A program made the position numbers and the translations under genes. Shown here one piece after another: positions 25,890 to 35,519 of a stretch of DNA of 64,000 bases (position 1 is its first letter; the number at the start of each line of letters is the position of its first letter). The notes beneath the pieces were generated by a model that did no database searches, was not told the origin of the DNA, and saw only the letters and a program-made list of their open reading frames with translations. The DNA comes from a virus, in IMG/VR virus record IMGVR_UViG_3300045988_119437, positions 72,768 through 136,767 of that record. The stretch is one strand, 5' to 3'.

Positions 25890-26993
25890 ATGGCAGATAG
25901 AATTTTTAATCTTCCTCAGACCCGTGGTTCTTTTGAGATGGCTGGTAAGGTCACCGGCACCCAGCGTAGTAACTTCTATAACGAGAAGGAGACCAAGAGT
26001 GGCGCTATGCGCCGTGTCCTAAGCTTTGGCGTTCAGACTTCCAATGAAAACACTTTCTATATTGATCTGGCTGGTATGCCTCGTGATAAGGTTTACTTCT
26101 TCCGCCGTGCCGATAAGGACAAGGGCATCGAGAAGGATAAGAAGGAAGTCGCTTGGAAGGATCGTCTGACTTATGTTGCACCGGAAGGCTATGATATGAT
26201 TGGCGTTAAGGTCGGTGTTACCAAGAAGACGAATGAGTCTGGTAAGGTCGTCAATGATAACAAGACTCTGACCGACTTCGATGCAGCCAAGGAGATTTCC
26301 GAGAATCTGCATGACGGTGACAACGTGTATATCCGTGGCAACATCGAGTACAGCACTTACAACGGCAAGCACCAGATCCGCTTCGTTCCTACTCAGGTGT
26401 CTCTGAGCTCCAAGGAAATTGACTTCGATGCAGAGGGTTTCGAGGAGCTGGCTCTGTTTACTCAGACCATTATTTACACTGGTTGCCGCAAGAGCGATGA
26501 GTGCGATGAGGTAGTTGTCGATGCAAAGATCGTGAATTACAACACTATCGAGGATGCAGAGTTTTTCATTGACTATAAGGCAAACACTCAGAATAAGGTT
26601 CTGGCAGACTCTATTCGTAAGCGTTTGAAGCCCTATACCAGTTTTGAGTGCTTTGGCCCTATCGTTAATCAGCAGAAGGTTGAGGAAGTTGAGACCGAGA
26701 ATATCTGGGGTGGCCCCAACAAGATGAAGCGCCAGAGCACTCCGGCGGTTCGCAAGCTGTATATTGAGGGTGTTAACCCTGATTCCTTTGATCCGAACCC
26801 CGGCGAGAAGGATGCAGAGCCCACTTACACTGAGGACAATATCTCCGAGGCACGGGCAAAGATTGCTGCCAATGCTCAGGCAAAGAAGGACTTCGACGGT
26901 AAGGCCGCTGAGAACGACACTTCTTGGTGGGGTGATTCTAACAAGTCTACTGCAACTCCTGTAAACGAGGAAGAAGATGACTGGGGACTGTAA
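25890..26993 (+). CDS. putative ssDNA-binding/annealing protein (T7 gp2.5-like) with acidic C-terminal tail
   Basis: C-terminal NEEEDDWGL acidic-aromatic tail; N-terminus MADRIF...; C-ending codons typical of high expression; sits next to a Sak4-like ATPase. Confidence 0.4.
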   Translation: MADRIFNLPQTRGSFEMAGKVTGTQRSNFYNEKETKSGAMRRVLSFGVQTSNENTFYIDLAGMPRDKVYFFRRADKDKGIEKDKKEVAWKDRLTYVAPEGYDMIGVKVGVTKKTNESGKVVNDNKTLTDFDAAKEISENLHDGDNVYIRGNIEYSTYNGKHQIRFVPTQVSLSSKEIDFDAEGFEELALFTQTIIYTGCRKSDECDEVVVDAKIVNYNTIEDAEFFIDYKANTQNKVLADSIRKRLKPYTSFECFGPIVNQQKVEEVETENIWGGPNKMKRQSTPAVRKLYIEGVNPDSFDPNPGEKDAEPTYTEDNISEARAKIAANAQAKKDFDGKAAENDTSWWGDSNKSTATPVNEEEDDWGL

Positions 26994-27004
26994 TTTTTAG
27001 TCTT

Positions 27005-27024
27005 AGCTAAGTAATACAGGATAC
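27005..27024 (+). promoter_or_regulatory. conserved motif copy (TAGCTAAGTAATACAGGATAC)
   Basis: Reverse-orientation copy directly upstream of the RBS of gene 27039. Confidence 0.45.
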
Positions 27025-27038
27025 AGAGAGGGCTAGTT

Positions 27039-27332
27039 ATGCAAAATACTCTTGAATATACTGCCTATAATGGCATGAAGTTTTACATTGTTTATATTGA
27101 GACGCTTGAAAAAGAGCCAGAAGAAGATTCTCCCATGATGTCTATTTTGTTTACTACGCATCCTGAGATTATTGAAGAAGCTATAGCTTATGCGGAATGT
27201 AATGATAATGCTATTCCGGTAGGGTGTAAGGATATTCTGGCTGATAGTGTGGATAGCATTACCCGCCAGTTGGATTATATTGCTCATGCAGTTGAGACTG
27301 GTGATCCATGGTATGAGTGTTTGAAAGTTTAA
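27039..27332 (+). CDS. hypothetical protein
   Basis: ORF with AGAGAGGG RBS. Confidence 0.5.
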   Translation: MQNTLEYTAYNGMKFYIVYIETLEKEPEEDSPMMSILFTTHPEIIEEAIAYAECNDNAIPVGCKDILADSVDSITRQLDYIAHAVETGDPWYECLKV

Positions 27333-27365
27333 TAAAAGAAAAGATTTAGAGAGGAATTTACATAT

Positions 27366-28526
27366 ATGGCTATTGTTTGTGATGCATCTGCTATTCGTAA
27401 GAAGCTTCGTATGCTTGTGTATGGCGAGCAGGGAACTGGTAAGTCTCGATTTGCTATGCAGTTCTGCTACATGAAGACTCCTGAAGGTCGTCCGTTCCGT
27501 GTTCTGTATCTGGATACTGAGTCTGGTTCTATCGACGATTATCGTGAGGAACTGATGGATAATGGGCTCGACCCGATGAATCTCCGTATTGTTTACACTC
27601 AGTCTCTCGCAGAGGTACAGGATTTCATCCATACCGTTGCTGACAATGAGGACTTCGAGGATGAGGATGGTAATGTTTGGCTGGATGCTGACGGTAAGCC
27701 TTTCCGTGCTGACGCTATTGTTGTTGATTCCGCAACCATCCTTAATCTGACTACGAAACAGGGCTTGACTAATTTCTCGCAGAAGCGTGCAAAAGTTAAG
27801 GCTGCAGCACAGGGTCTGACCGGTGATGAGAAGTCGGTGAAGATCGAGGGTGCTGGTATGGAGTTGAAGGATTATCAGCAGCTGAACTTTAAGGGTCAGT
27901 CCCTGATCCTGGATTTGAATGCAACTGGCGTGAGCTACATCGTCATTTGCCGTGAGAAGGATGAGACTGAAACCAAGCTGGTGAATGGTTCTTCTGTGAG
28001 CGTTTCTACTGGCCGCAAGATTCCTGATGGCTTCAAGGGTCAGGAGTACAATGTCGGTACTGAGTTCCGTATGTATCATCCCAGCGATGATAAGTCTATC
28101 AACTTTGCTTACTTTGATAAGGATCGTACCGGTGTTCATAATGGCGGTGAGGTTGTAGAAGATTTGACTCTGCTTGAGTATCAGGAATATCTCGACCGTT
28201 CCGCAAAGAATCGTGAGGTCATTATCAAGAATGGTCTGAACGATGCAGTTAAGACCGAGATGAAGCTTCGTGCTCGTGAACTTGGTCTTGATGACAATGA
28301 TATCAGTGATGATGCTCCTGCAGAGAACACCTCCGAATCCAAGGAGCCTTCTCTGGATGACATTAAGGCAAAGCTGAATGATCTGATTGCTTCCGCTTCT
28401 CCTGTGAAGAAGAGTGCAGCGCAGAAGGCAGTTAAGGCGGCTGGCCTGTCTACCGCATTCCGTTCCATGACTGACATCGAGGAACTGAAGAAGGTTGCCG
28501 CAATCATGGAGAAGGAACTGGCTTAA
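27366..28526 (+). CDS. Sak4-like RecA-fold ATPase (AAA_24-type phage recombination protein)
   Basis: Walker A VYGEQGTGKSRFA near N-terminus; 386 aa. Confidence 0.5.
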   Translation: MAIVCDASAIRKKLRMLVYGEQGTGKSRFAMQFCYMKTPEGRPFRVLYLDTESGSIDDYREELMDNGLDPMNLRIVYTQSLAEVQDFIHTVADNEDFEDEDGNVWLDADGKPFRADAIVVDSATILNLTTKQGLTNFSQKRAKVKAAAQGLTGDEKSVKIEGAGMELKDYQQLNFKGQSLILDLNATGVSYIVICREKDETETKLVNGSSVSVSTGRKIPDGFKGQEYNVGTEFRMYHPSDDKSINFAYFDKDRTGVHNGGEVVEDLTLLEYQEYLDRSAKNREVIIKNGLNDAVKTEMKLRARELGLDDNDISDDAPAENTSESKEPSLDDIKAKLNDLIASASPVKKSAAQKAVKAAGLSTAFRSMTDIEELKKVAAIMEKELA

Positions 28527-29215
28527 TGGAAACCCGTAAATGCAAGATTTGCGGGAAGAACATTTTCATCGAGCGAGACCGTAGCACGTTTTTCTACGAC
28601 AAGACTGGTTTTTACCATAAGGATTGTTTTGTAGAAAAAAAGAAAAATCAAAAACGCCCTTGGACAGATGACCTGCTAAGGGCATTTTTTGACAAAGTGA
28701 AGCCCGCTACGGATAAAAAGGTCGATGATCTTCTTTCCAAAAAGAGAGAACAAGACCACAATCGTGAGCTTGCACAGATCAAACAGGAAGAAAAAAAGAT
28801 TCTTTTCGACCATATTCGAGATACATACGCCCCGGCGGTTGTTCCGGGTAGCTTCTACTCGAAACTTACGCAGTTGATTTCCGGTAATTATTACAAATAT
28901 AAAGGTTCGATTCCTCCGCTAGAACTTTACGATATGTGGGTTCTAGCGAAACCCCGACTAGATAAGATAATTGCCGAAAAAGAAGCAAAAGGTTTTGATA
29001 TGAGTCAGCGATGGAATTATGACTTGGCTGTTTTGCTGGCACAATATCCGAGTTATCTCGAACAAAAAGAAAGGCAAGCTTCGATTCGTAGTGAATGCGA
29101 AGGTAAAACAAAGGAAAATCTGACGGAAACAGTACTGAAACGGATGAAAACAGTACCAAAACAGAGCAAAAACGAGAATGAAATAGATATAAATGCAATT
29201 CTCGATGAGATATAA
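28526..29215 (+). CDS. hypothetical zinc-finger protein
   Basis: KCKICGK...HKDCF; start overlaps previous stop (TAATG). Confidence 0.5.
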   Translation: METRKCKICGKNIFIERDRSTFFYDKTGFYHKDCFVEKKKNQKRPWTDDLLRAFFDKVKPATDKKVDDLLSKKREQDHNRELAQIKQEEKKILFDHIRDTYAPAVVPGSFYSKLTQLISGNYYKYKGSIPPLELYDMWVLAKPRLDKIIAEKEAKGFDMSQRWNYDLAVLLAQYPSYLEQKERQASIRSECEGKTKENLTETVLKRMKTVPKQSKNENEIDINAILDEI

Positions 29216-29237
29216 AAGTATAGAGGGAGGTGGATGA

Positions 29238-30761
29238 GTGGAACTCATTTCAAATATCCCGAACGAAATTCTATTTGTCGGCGCAATTTACAAGCATCCT
29301 GACTATTTGGTCGAGTATGGGCATTATGTCAAGAGTAAGTACGATTTTGCTGATGAAGCAACAAAATTTTTCTACGATGCAGCGTTAATTATTTATGAAA
29401 CGCGGACTCAAGAATTCAATAAAACGTCTGTTTTAACGTTTATGGCTGAAGACGAGTCCAGATTGTCACAATACAAGCGGCTGAAGGGCTGGTCAACCAT
29501 TGAATACTACATGAGCCTTGCGAATGACGATGATATCAAGGGATACTTCAATATCCTGAAGAAATATTCGCTACTTCGTGAGTATCAGAGAAACGGTTTT
29601 AACATTGAAGGAATCTTGAAGCATCGACAGTTTGAAATGTTTGGCGCTCAGGACATTTACAAATTGATTCGTGGCAAGGCCGACAAGATCAATACGGTTA
29701 TCATCACAAACGATGATGCTGAGATTTTGAATAATGGTCTGCTGCCAATGGTCAATGAACGTCTGAGTGTTCCTGATATGGGTTTGCCGTTCCAGTATCC
29801 TATCATGAATGATTTGTTTCGAGGATTGAAGCTGGGCACTGTGATGTTCAATGGTATGCCATCTAACGCTGGTAAGACTAGATACATGATGGCGATTGTT
29901 GCATACGTCACATTGGTTCAAAAGCAGAAAGCTCTTTTGCTGCTGAATGAGATGGATCTTGAGTCAGTCCGGTATTGCTTGCTAGTCACCGCCATCAATA
30001 ATCCTGAGTTTCAAGAGTTGCATGGTCATCGTTTCCATAAGGACGAGCGAGAAATCACCCTTGGGATGTACCGGGATGCAAATGGAAACTTCATCTTCAG
30101 AAAACAAAACGAAGACGGAGAATACATAGAAAGCATTGATGAGTTTACCGCCCGTGTCTATGAGGAAAGCGAAGAGTACCGCAATGTACTTGATGTTTGC
30201 CAGTGGATTGAGAGCGAATCACAAGGCTTGATTATCGCAAAAGATGTTTCTGCTGATTATAGTGATAAGTCCCTGCGATTTGAAATCCAGAAGGCAGCTC
30301 TCACTCAGGGAGTTAAGTATGTGTTTTATGATACTCTAAAGAACGACATTGCATCTATTGGTGAATGGGCAGCGTTCAAGGTCACGGCCACCGAGCTTGA
30401 AGAGATTGCGAAGAATCTGAAGATTTTCATCTACGGTAGTATCCAGTTGGCTGAAAATGCTCATGAGTATCTCCCTGATGAGCTGAATTCAAACAATATT
30501 GCTGAGTCAAAAATGATTAAGCATGTTGCTTGGACGATGGTTCTATTCAAGGAGATTCCGAAAGATAAGTTCGCAAAGTATCAATACATCTTTCATGACC
30601 CTGAATGGGGCGGCGACTGTGCTCATCGGTTAAATCCAGACAAACGGTACTATGTTGGAAACATTGACAAGAACCGTTTTGGCGAGAAGAAGAAAATCAT
30701 GTTTGAAGTGAATTTGAACCAGAATGTCTGGAAAGAGGTCGGTGTCTGCACCAGAAAGTAA
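29238..30761 (+). CDS. DnaB-like replicative DNA helicase
   Basis: GTG start after GAGGGAGGTGG; DnaB-like N-domain; Walker A GMPSNAGKT with RecA-fold C-domain. Confidence 0.65.
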   Translation: MELISNIPNEILFVGAIYKHPDYLVEYGHYVKSKYDFADEATKFFYDAALIIYETRTQEFNKTSVLTFMAEDESRLSQYKRLKGWSTIEYYMSLANDDDIKGYFNILKKYSLLREYQRNGFNIEGILKHRQFEMFGAQDIYKLIRGKADKINTVIITNDDAEILNNGLLPMVNERLSVPDMGLPFQYPIMNDLFRGLKLGTVMFNGMPSNAGKTRYMMAIVAYVTLVQKQKALLLLNEMDLESVRYCLLVTAINNPEFQELHGHRFHKDEREITLGMYRDANGNFIFRKQNEDGEYIESIDEFTARVYEESEEYRNVLDVCQWIESESQGLIIAKDVSADYSDKSLRFEIQKAALTQGVKYVFYDTLKNDIASIGEWAAFKVTATELEEIAKNLKIFIYGSIQLAENAHEYLPDELNSNNIAESKMIKHVAWTMVLFKEIPKDKFAKYQYIFHDPEWGGDCAHRLNPDKRYYVGNIDKNRFGEKKKIMFEVNLNQNVWKEVGVCTRK

Positions 30762-30770
30762 GGAACTACA

Positions 30771-31793
30771 ATGGTAAATATCGCAGATCTGAAAAATTAT
30801 ATTCTTGAAGAACAGCAGATTGAACCAATTTTGGAGGAGCTTGGTTGTCATCATATTAGTCATAAAGCTGGATATTATCAGTGTGCGAATCCAGATGGTG
30901 ACAATAGGACGGCACTCTGTATCTACGAGAATGAAAATCTTACTGCGGTAGATTACACACGAGACATTGTCAATGGAAAGACCAGTTATGATTTGATTTC
31001 TGTCGTCCAGTTCTTTCTGGAACTGTCTTTCCCAAAAGCTATTAAGCAAATCTGCGAATGGGTTGGACTTGACTACTATCACAACTTCGAGGAAGACCTT
31101 CCTAAAAGTATGTTGATTCTAAAAGAACTCATCACCATGCAAAATGAAGGTGAAGAACACGAGGATGACCGTCCGATAGTCCCCATCTCCGAAGCCATCC
31201 TCGGTTATTACAAACCTTATGTTAACCAGATTTTTGCTGACGATGGGATATCTTACGAGACACAACGGGAGTTTGAGATTGGTTTTGATGAACTAACAAA
31301 TAGAATCACGATTCCAATCAGAGATGAAATTGGTACTTTGGTTGGTGTAAAGGGAAGATATTTTGGTAAGCCGCCTGAAGGTGAATTAAAGTATCTATAT
31401 CTTGAGCCGTGTGCCAGAAACCGTATTCTGTATGGCCTGTATAAGACAGAGCCGTACATTAAGAATGAAGGTCTGGTATATGTTGGTGAAGCTGAAAAGT
31501 CTGTCATGCAGATGTGGAACATGGATGTCTACAACTGTGTGGCGACTGGCGGTAAGAAGGTTTCACAGAATCAAATTGAAATTTTAACACGTCTTTGCGT
31601 TGATATTTGTTTTGTATTTGATAAAGACGTTCAGCTTAGTGAGCTTATGGTTCTCGCTAATCGATTTGTCGATGGCGTAAGTGTGTATGCTGTAGTAGAT
31701 GATAAAGGGATTCTGGATGAAAAGGAAGCCCCGACTGATAATCCTGAAAAATTTAAGGCATTGATTGAAAACTGTGTTAGGAGAATTAAATGA
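30771..31793 (+). CDS. DnaG-like DNA primase
   Basis: Zinc-binding CHHISHKAGYYQC and Toprim-like VYVGEAEKS...VFDKD. Confidence 0.6.
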   Translation: MVNIADLKNYILEEQQIEPILEELGCHHISHKAGYYQCANPDGDNRTALCIYENENLTAVDYTRDIVNGKTSYDLISVVQFFLELSFPKAIKQICEWVGLDYYHNFEEDLPKSMLILKELITMQNEGEEHEDDRPIVPISEAILGYYKPYVNQIFADDGISYETQREFEIGFDELTNRITIPIRDEIGTLVGVKGRYFGKPPEGELKYLYLEPCARNRILYGLYKTEPYIKNEGLVYVGEAEKSVMQMWNMDVYNCVATGGKKVSQNQIEILTRLCVDICFVFDKDVQLSELMVLANRFVDGVSVYAVVDDKGILDEKEAPTDNPEKFKALIENCVRRIK

Positions 31794-33514
31794 ATGTAAA
31801 ACTCTGGAAGGGGAGTAGGAACGACCTATCAGACCCGATTGGAACGATTATGGAGAACAGAGGGGTCAAGGATTATAAGACCTACATGAATCTGGATGAT
31901 TCTTGCTTGAATTCTCCGTGGGAATTGGACAATATCGAGTATGCTGTCATGATGTTGAATAAACACCTTTGGAAAAAATCTATCATCTCTATCCTTGTAG
32001 ACTGTGATGTGGACGGTTTTACAAGTGCTTCGATGATGTTTCAGTATTTGAAAGCGATTGGTTATTTTGGAAAAATCAATGTTCTGCATCATAGTGGCAA
32101 GGAACATGGACTCTCTAAAGAAATTGAGGTTCCACCTGAAACTACCTTGCTGATTATCCCTGATGCTGGTAGTAACGATGTTGAGCAGTGCAAGGAACTT
32201 CGTGATAAGGGCATCGATATTCTGATTCTTGACCATCACATCTGCGACAGAGAGAATCCTTACGCAGTAATCGTTAATAACCAGAATGGTACATATCCTA
32301 ACAAGGAACTGTCTGGTGCTGGCGTGGTATATAAGTTCCTTCAAGCCGTTGATGAAGATAATTGGACTGATGTTGCAGACAGGTATCTTGATTTAGTGGC
32401 AGTCGGAAATATCGGTGACGTTATGGATATGCACTCGCATGAGACAAAGCGCCTTTGCACAAAAGGTCTTGCACGAATTGTAAATCCGATGATTTGTGCT
32501 CTGGTTGAGGCGAATAGTTTCAACATCAAGGGTGACCCGACTATCAATGATATTCAGTTCTACATCGTTCCGATGATGAACGCACTGATTCGTGTTGGCT
32601 CATCCGAGCAAAAGAAGCGGATGTTCCGTGCGATGGTCGGTGAGGAACAGACGTTCCAGTACACTCCGACTCGTGGCAAGAATGCCGGTGTCACGATTGA
32701 CGAGACTCTGGCACAGCATGTGGCTCGTGAGTGTTCGTCTTGTAAATATCAGCAAAACAAAACTAAGGATAAGGCTGTTGCAGAGTTGCAGGAACTGATT
32801 GAAAAGCATGGTGCAGACCAGAATAAGATTCTCTTCTGCAACTCCACTGGCATTCTTGATAACACTCTGACTGGTGTTGTGGCAATCAAGCTGGCCGAAA
32901 TGTATGCAAAACCGTGCGTATTGCTTCGTACTTTTGCTGATGAACCGGACTATTACGGTGGTTCAATGAGAAATCCTGACGGCTCTCCGATTGAAAGTTT
33001 AAAGGAGTTCCTGATGAGTACCGGAGATTTTGAGTCAGTTCTTGGTCATGATAATGCTGCTGGTGTGAAAATCAAGAAAGAAAACGTGCCAAAGGCGATT
33101 GCGGATTGTAATGAGCTGCTTAAAGATGTCACGATGAGCAAAGCAATCGTGGTTGACTTTGATTTTGACTATAGTAGGCTGACTGTTGCATTGCCGAAGA
33201 CCATGTATGAAATGCATAAAATCTGGGCACAGGGAATCTCAGAGCCATATTTCTACATTAAAAATATTCCGCTGATTCATAGTGGATGTGCTCCGATGGG
33301 CAAGAACGGCAATATGTGGAAGTATTCTGATGAAGAAAAAGGCATTGATTTTGTGTGCTTTGCAGATAATGGCCGGATGATTGGCTGGATCAATAATGAC
33401 TTCTATGGTGATCAGGAAGAAAAATACATCAATGCTGTATGCCGGTTGTCTTTAAATCAGTACGGAAACAAAGTTACTCCGCAGGCGCAGATTGTTGATT
33501 TTGAGGTGATTTGA
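31790..33514 (+). CDS. RecJ-like DHH-family ssDNA exonuclease
   Basis: VDCDVDGFTS, IPDAGSND and ILDHH motifs characteristic of DHH phosphoesterases. Confidence 0.65.
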   Translation: MNVKLWKGSRNDLSDPIGTIMENRGVKDYKTYMNLDDSCLNSPWELDNIEYAVMMLNKHLWKKSIISILVDCDVDGFTSASMMFQYLKAIGYFGKINVLHHSGKEHGLSKEIEVPPETTLLIIPDAGSNDVEQCKELRDKGIDILILDHHICDRENPYAVIVNNQNGTYPNKELSGAGVVYKFLQAVDEDNWTDVADRYLDLVAVGNIGDVMDMHSHETKRLCTKGLARIVNPMICALVEANSFNIKGDPTINDIQFYIVPMMNALIRVGSSEQKKRMFRAMVGEEQTFQYTPTRGKNAGVTIDETLAQHVARECSSCKYQQNKTKDKAVAELQELIEKHGADQNKILFCNSTGILDNTLTGVVAIKLAEMYAKPCVLLRTFADEPDYYGGSMRNPDGSPIESLKEFLMSTGDFESVLGHDNAAGVKIKKENVPKAIADCNELLKDVTMSKAIVVDFDFDYSRLTVALPKTMYEMHKIWAQGISEPYFYIKNIPLIHSGCAPMGKNGNMWKYSDEEKGIDFVCFADNGRMIGWINNDFYGDQEEKYINAVCRLSLNQYGNKVTPQAQIVDFEVI

Positions 33515-33515
33515 T

Positions 33516-33857
33516 ATGGGAAATTGGAAACGTGCTATCGCCATCGACTTTGATGGCACTCTCTGTGAGAATAATTATCCTGATATCGGTGAACCAAACT
33601 GGAATGTCATTTATCAAGCAATTCAGGAACAGAAGCACGGTGCTGGTCTGATTCTCTGGACTTGTCGGGAAGGAAAGCTTTTGTATGATGCAATGGAGGC
33701 TTGCTTTGATTGGGGTATTCAGTTTGATGCCATCAATGAGAGTCTTCCTGAGTGGAAAGAGCATTTTGGCACTGCTCCTAGAAAGGTTGGGGCTGATGAA
33801 TATTGGGACGATAAGGCTGTAAAAATAAAGAATGGAGAGTTGGTTGACAATGAATAA
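33516..33857 (+). CDS. HAD-like hydrolase motif protein (short)
   Basis: IAIDFDGTL (DxDGT motif I). Confidence 0.4.
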   Translation: MGNWKRAIAIDFDGTLCENNYPDIGEPNWNVIYQAIQEQKHGAGLILWTCREGKLLYDAMEACFDWGIQFDAINESLPEWKEHFGTAPRKVGADEYWDDKAVKIKNGELVDNE

Positions 33858-34155
33858 AGTTGGTAATTACGATTTGCCATTAAATTTGCTTGACAAAGCA
33901 CATCAATCACTTGCACATACTATTGCAGATTTAGAACCACTTCGGGAAGGTACAGCATTTAATCAGATTTTAAATGATGGTGCTCATATTATTGAACCGG
34001 ATGAATTGACTCATATTCTTGATAAATTTGCAGAGCAGCATCCAGATTGGGAGATTTGTATCGAAACTGACCACGGATCGGTTAGTGAGAAATTTAAGAT
34101 GGATCATGTTTTCTATGAAGGTATGGGAGATATGATTGTTCTTGATTTTGAATGA
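33850..34155 (+). CDS. hypothetical protein
   Basis: ATG 33850 after GGAGAG; the earlier in-frame ATG lies inside the RBS. Confidence 0.45.
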   Translation: MNKVGNYDLPLNLLDKAHQSLAHTIADLEPLREGTAFNQILNDGAHIIEPDELTHILDKFAEQHPDWEICIETDHGSVSEKFKMDHVFYEGMGDMIVLDFE

Positions 34156-34158
34156 AAA

Positions 34159-34407
34159 ATGGAAAAACGACGATATAGATATTACAAAATTGATTACCGT
34201 ACATATAATTATACGCTCAAGAAATATCACAACTTACACAGAGAAATCTACGCTGAAAATGCAAGAGATGCAGTTAAAATGCTAAAAAGCAAAGAGTGTA
34301 ATCGTAAGTTTGAGGTTGTTAAAGTCTACTTTGTTGATATTTTCGGTGATAGAAACGATAGGTTTTATCCACGAACTTATGTGATTGATAAAGAAGATTT
34401 TGAGTGA
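34159..34407 (+). CDS. hypothetical protein
   Basis: ORF. Confidence 0.5.
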   Translation: MEKRRYRYYKIDYRTYNYTLKKYHNLHREIYAENARDAVKMLKSKECNRKFEVVKVYFVDIFGDRNDRFYPRTYVIDKEDFE

Positions 34408-34416
34408 GGTGAGTAT

Positions 34417-35178
34417 ATGGTTTATATTACAGGCGATATTCACGGCGACTTTAATCGTCTCTTAAAGCTAAATAAGTTTTGCATTAGACACAATCTTGGA
34501 AAGAATGATTGGATTATCTGCCTTGGCGATGTTGGTTTGAATTACTACGGCAAGGATGATTCTCGTGAATGGAGCATTAAGACCATTGCTGCGGACATCC
34601 CTGCGAATTTATTCTGCATTCATGGAAATCACGAACGCCGCCCGTCTCGTAAGGATGGCTATAAGACAAAGGAAATCAGTGGAGATATTTGCGGAAAAGT
34701 GTGGCATGACCCACATTATCCCAATCAGTATTTTGCTATTGATGGCGAAGTTTACCAGATTCTTGCTGATAGGGAAATTCTGAACTGTCTTGTTTGCGGC
34801 GGAGCTTATTCCGTAGATAAATATTATCGGTTGGAACGTGGATGGAACTGGTGGCCGAATGAACAGCCGAGTGAAAAGACTAAGAAAAAGATCTGGAATA
34901 TTACACATGACCCTCAAATCGATGATATTGATGTTATGCTCACGCATACCTGTCCATTCCGGTTCATTCCAACTGAATTGTTTATCGGTGGTATTGATCA
35001 AAGCACAGTAGACCAGTCAACTGAAATATTCTTTGATGATATATACGAATGTTATCCTAACGATTGTAAACCGTTCTGGTATTTTGGTCACTTCCATGGA
35101 AATAAATACACTGATGACTATGTGATGCTTTTTGATGACATTATTAAGTTTGGAGACAAGGTGAAGAGTGATGGTTAA
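34417..35178 (+). CDS. calcineurin-like metallophosphoesterase
   Basis: GDIHGD, GDVG and GNHER motifs. Confidence 0.65.
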   Translation: MVYITGDIHGDFNRLLKLNKFCIRHNLGKNDWIICLGDVGLNYYGKDDSREWSIKTIAADIPANLFCIHGNHERRPSRKDGYKTKEISGDICGKVWHDPHYPNQYFAIDGEVYQILADREILNCLVCGGAYSVDKYYRLERGWNWWPNEQPSEKTKKKIWNITHDPQIDDIDVMLTHTCPFRFIPTELFIGGIDQSTVDQSTEIFFDDIYECYPNDCKPFWYFGHFHGNKYTDDYVMLFDDIIKFGDKVKSDG

Positions 35179-35502
35179 AGATAGAAATAAAGGTCTGCGA
35201 GTCCTTGATTATATCGACGAGAATGAAATTTTAGCGCAGTTGTCAGAAGAGGCTTCTGAAGTTGCAAAGGCGGCATTAAAGCTTCGCCGGGCTCGTGATA
35301 GAAAAGAACCCTACACCAGTAAGTATTCGTGAAGCGTGGGCTGATTTGAATGAAGAATATGGCGATGTACTCAATTGCCTATATGCGTTGTTTGATGACG
35401 ACGATGACCGTATTTATGATTTTTTTTGAACACGCAAATATTACTGCCGATGAAAAGCGCAAGCGTTGGATTAAGCGCCTGAAGGAACGTAATCAGTTTT
35501 AA
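35171..35502 (+). CDS. hypothetical protein, apparently frameshifted twice at homopolymers (A4 at 35302, T8 at 35420)
   Basis: Three consecutive protein-like frames; removing one base from each homopolymer gives one ~108-aa ORF. Confidence 0.3.
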
Positions 35503-35519
35503 TGGTGGAAGGAGAATAG

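Noticed and set aside
26764-26964. Internal + strand ORF 26764-26964 rich in Arg/Pro/Leu
   Set aside because: Alternative frame inside the strongly coding gene 25890; its composition mirrors the GC-rich third positions of that gene.
27033-28139. 368-aa minus-strand ORF
   Set aside because: Antisense to the Sak4-like ATPase and gene 27039, which have clear motifs and RBSs; treated as a shadow ORF. Other long minus-strand ORFs (1096-1602, 2038-2655, 5101-5679, 14042-14641, 20526-21179, 52516-53208) were rejected for the same reason.
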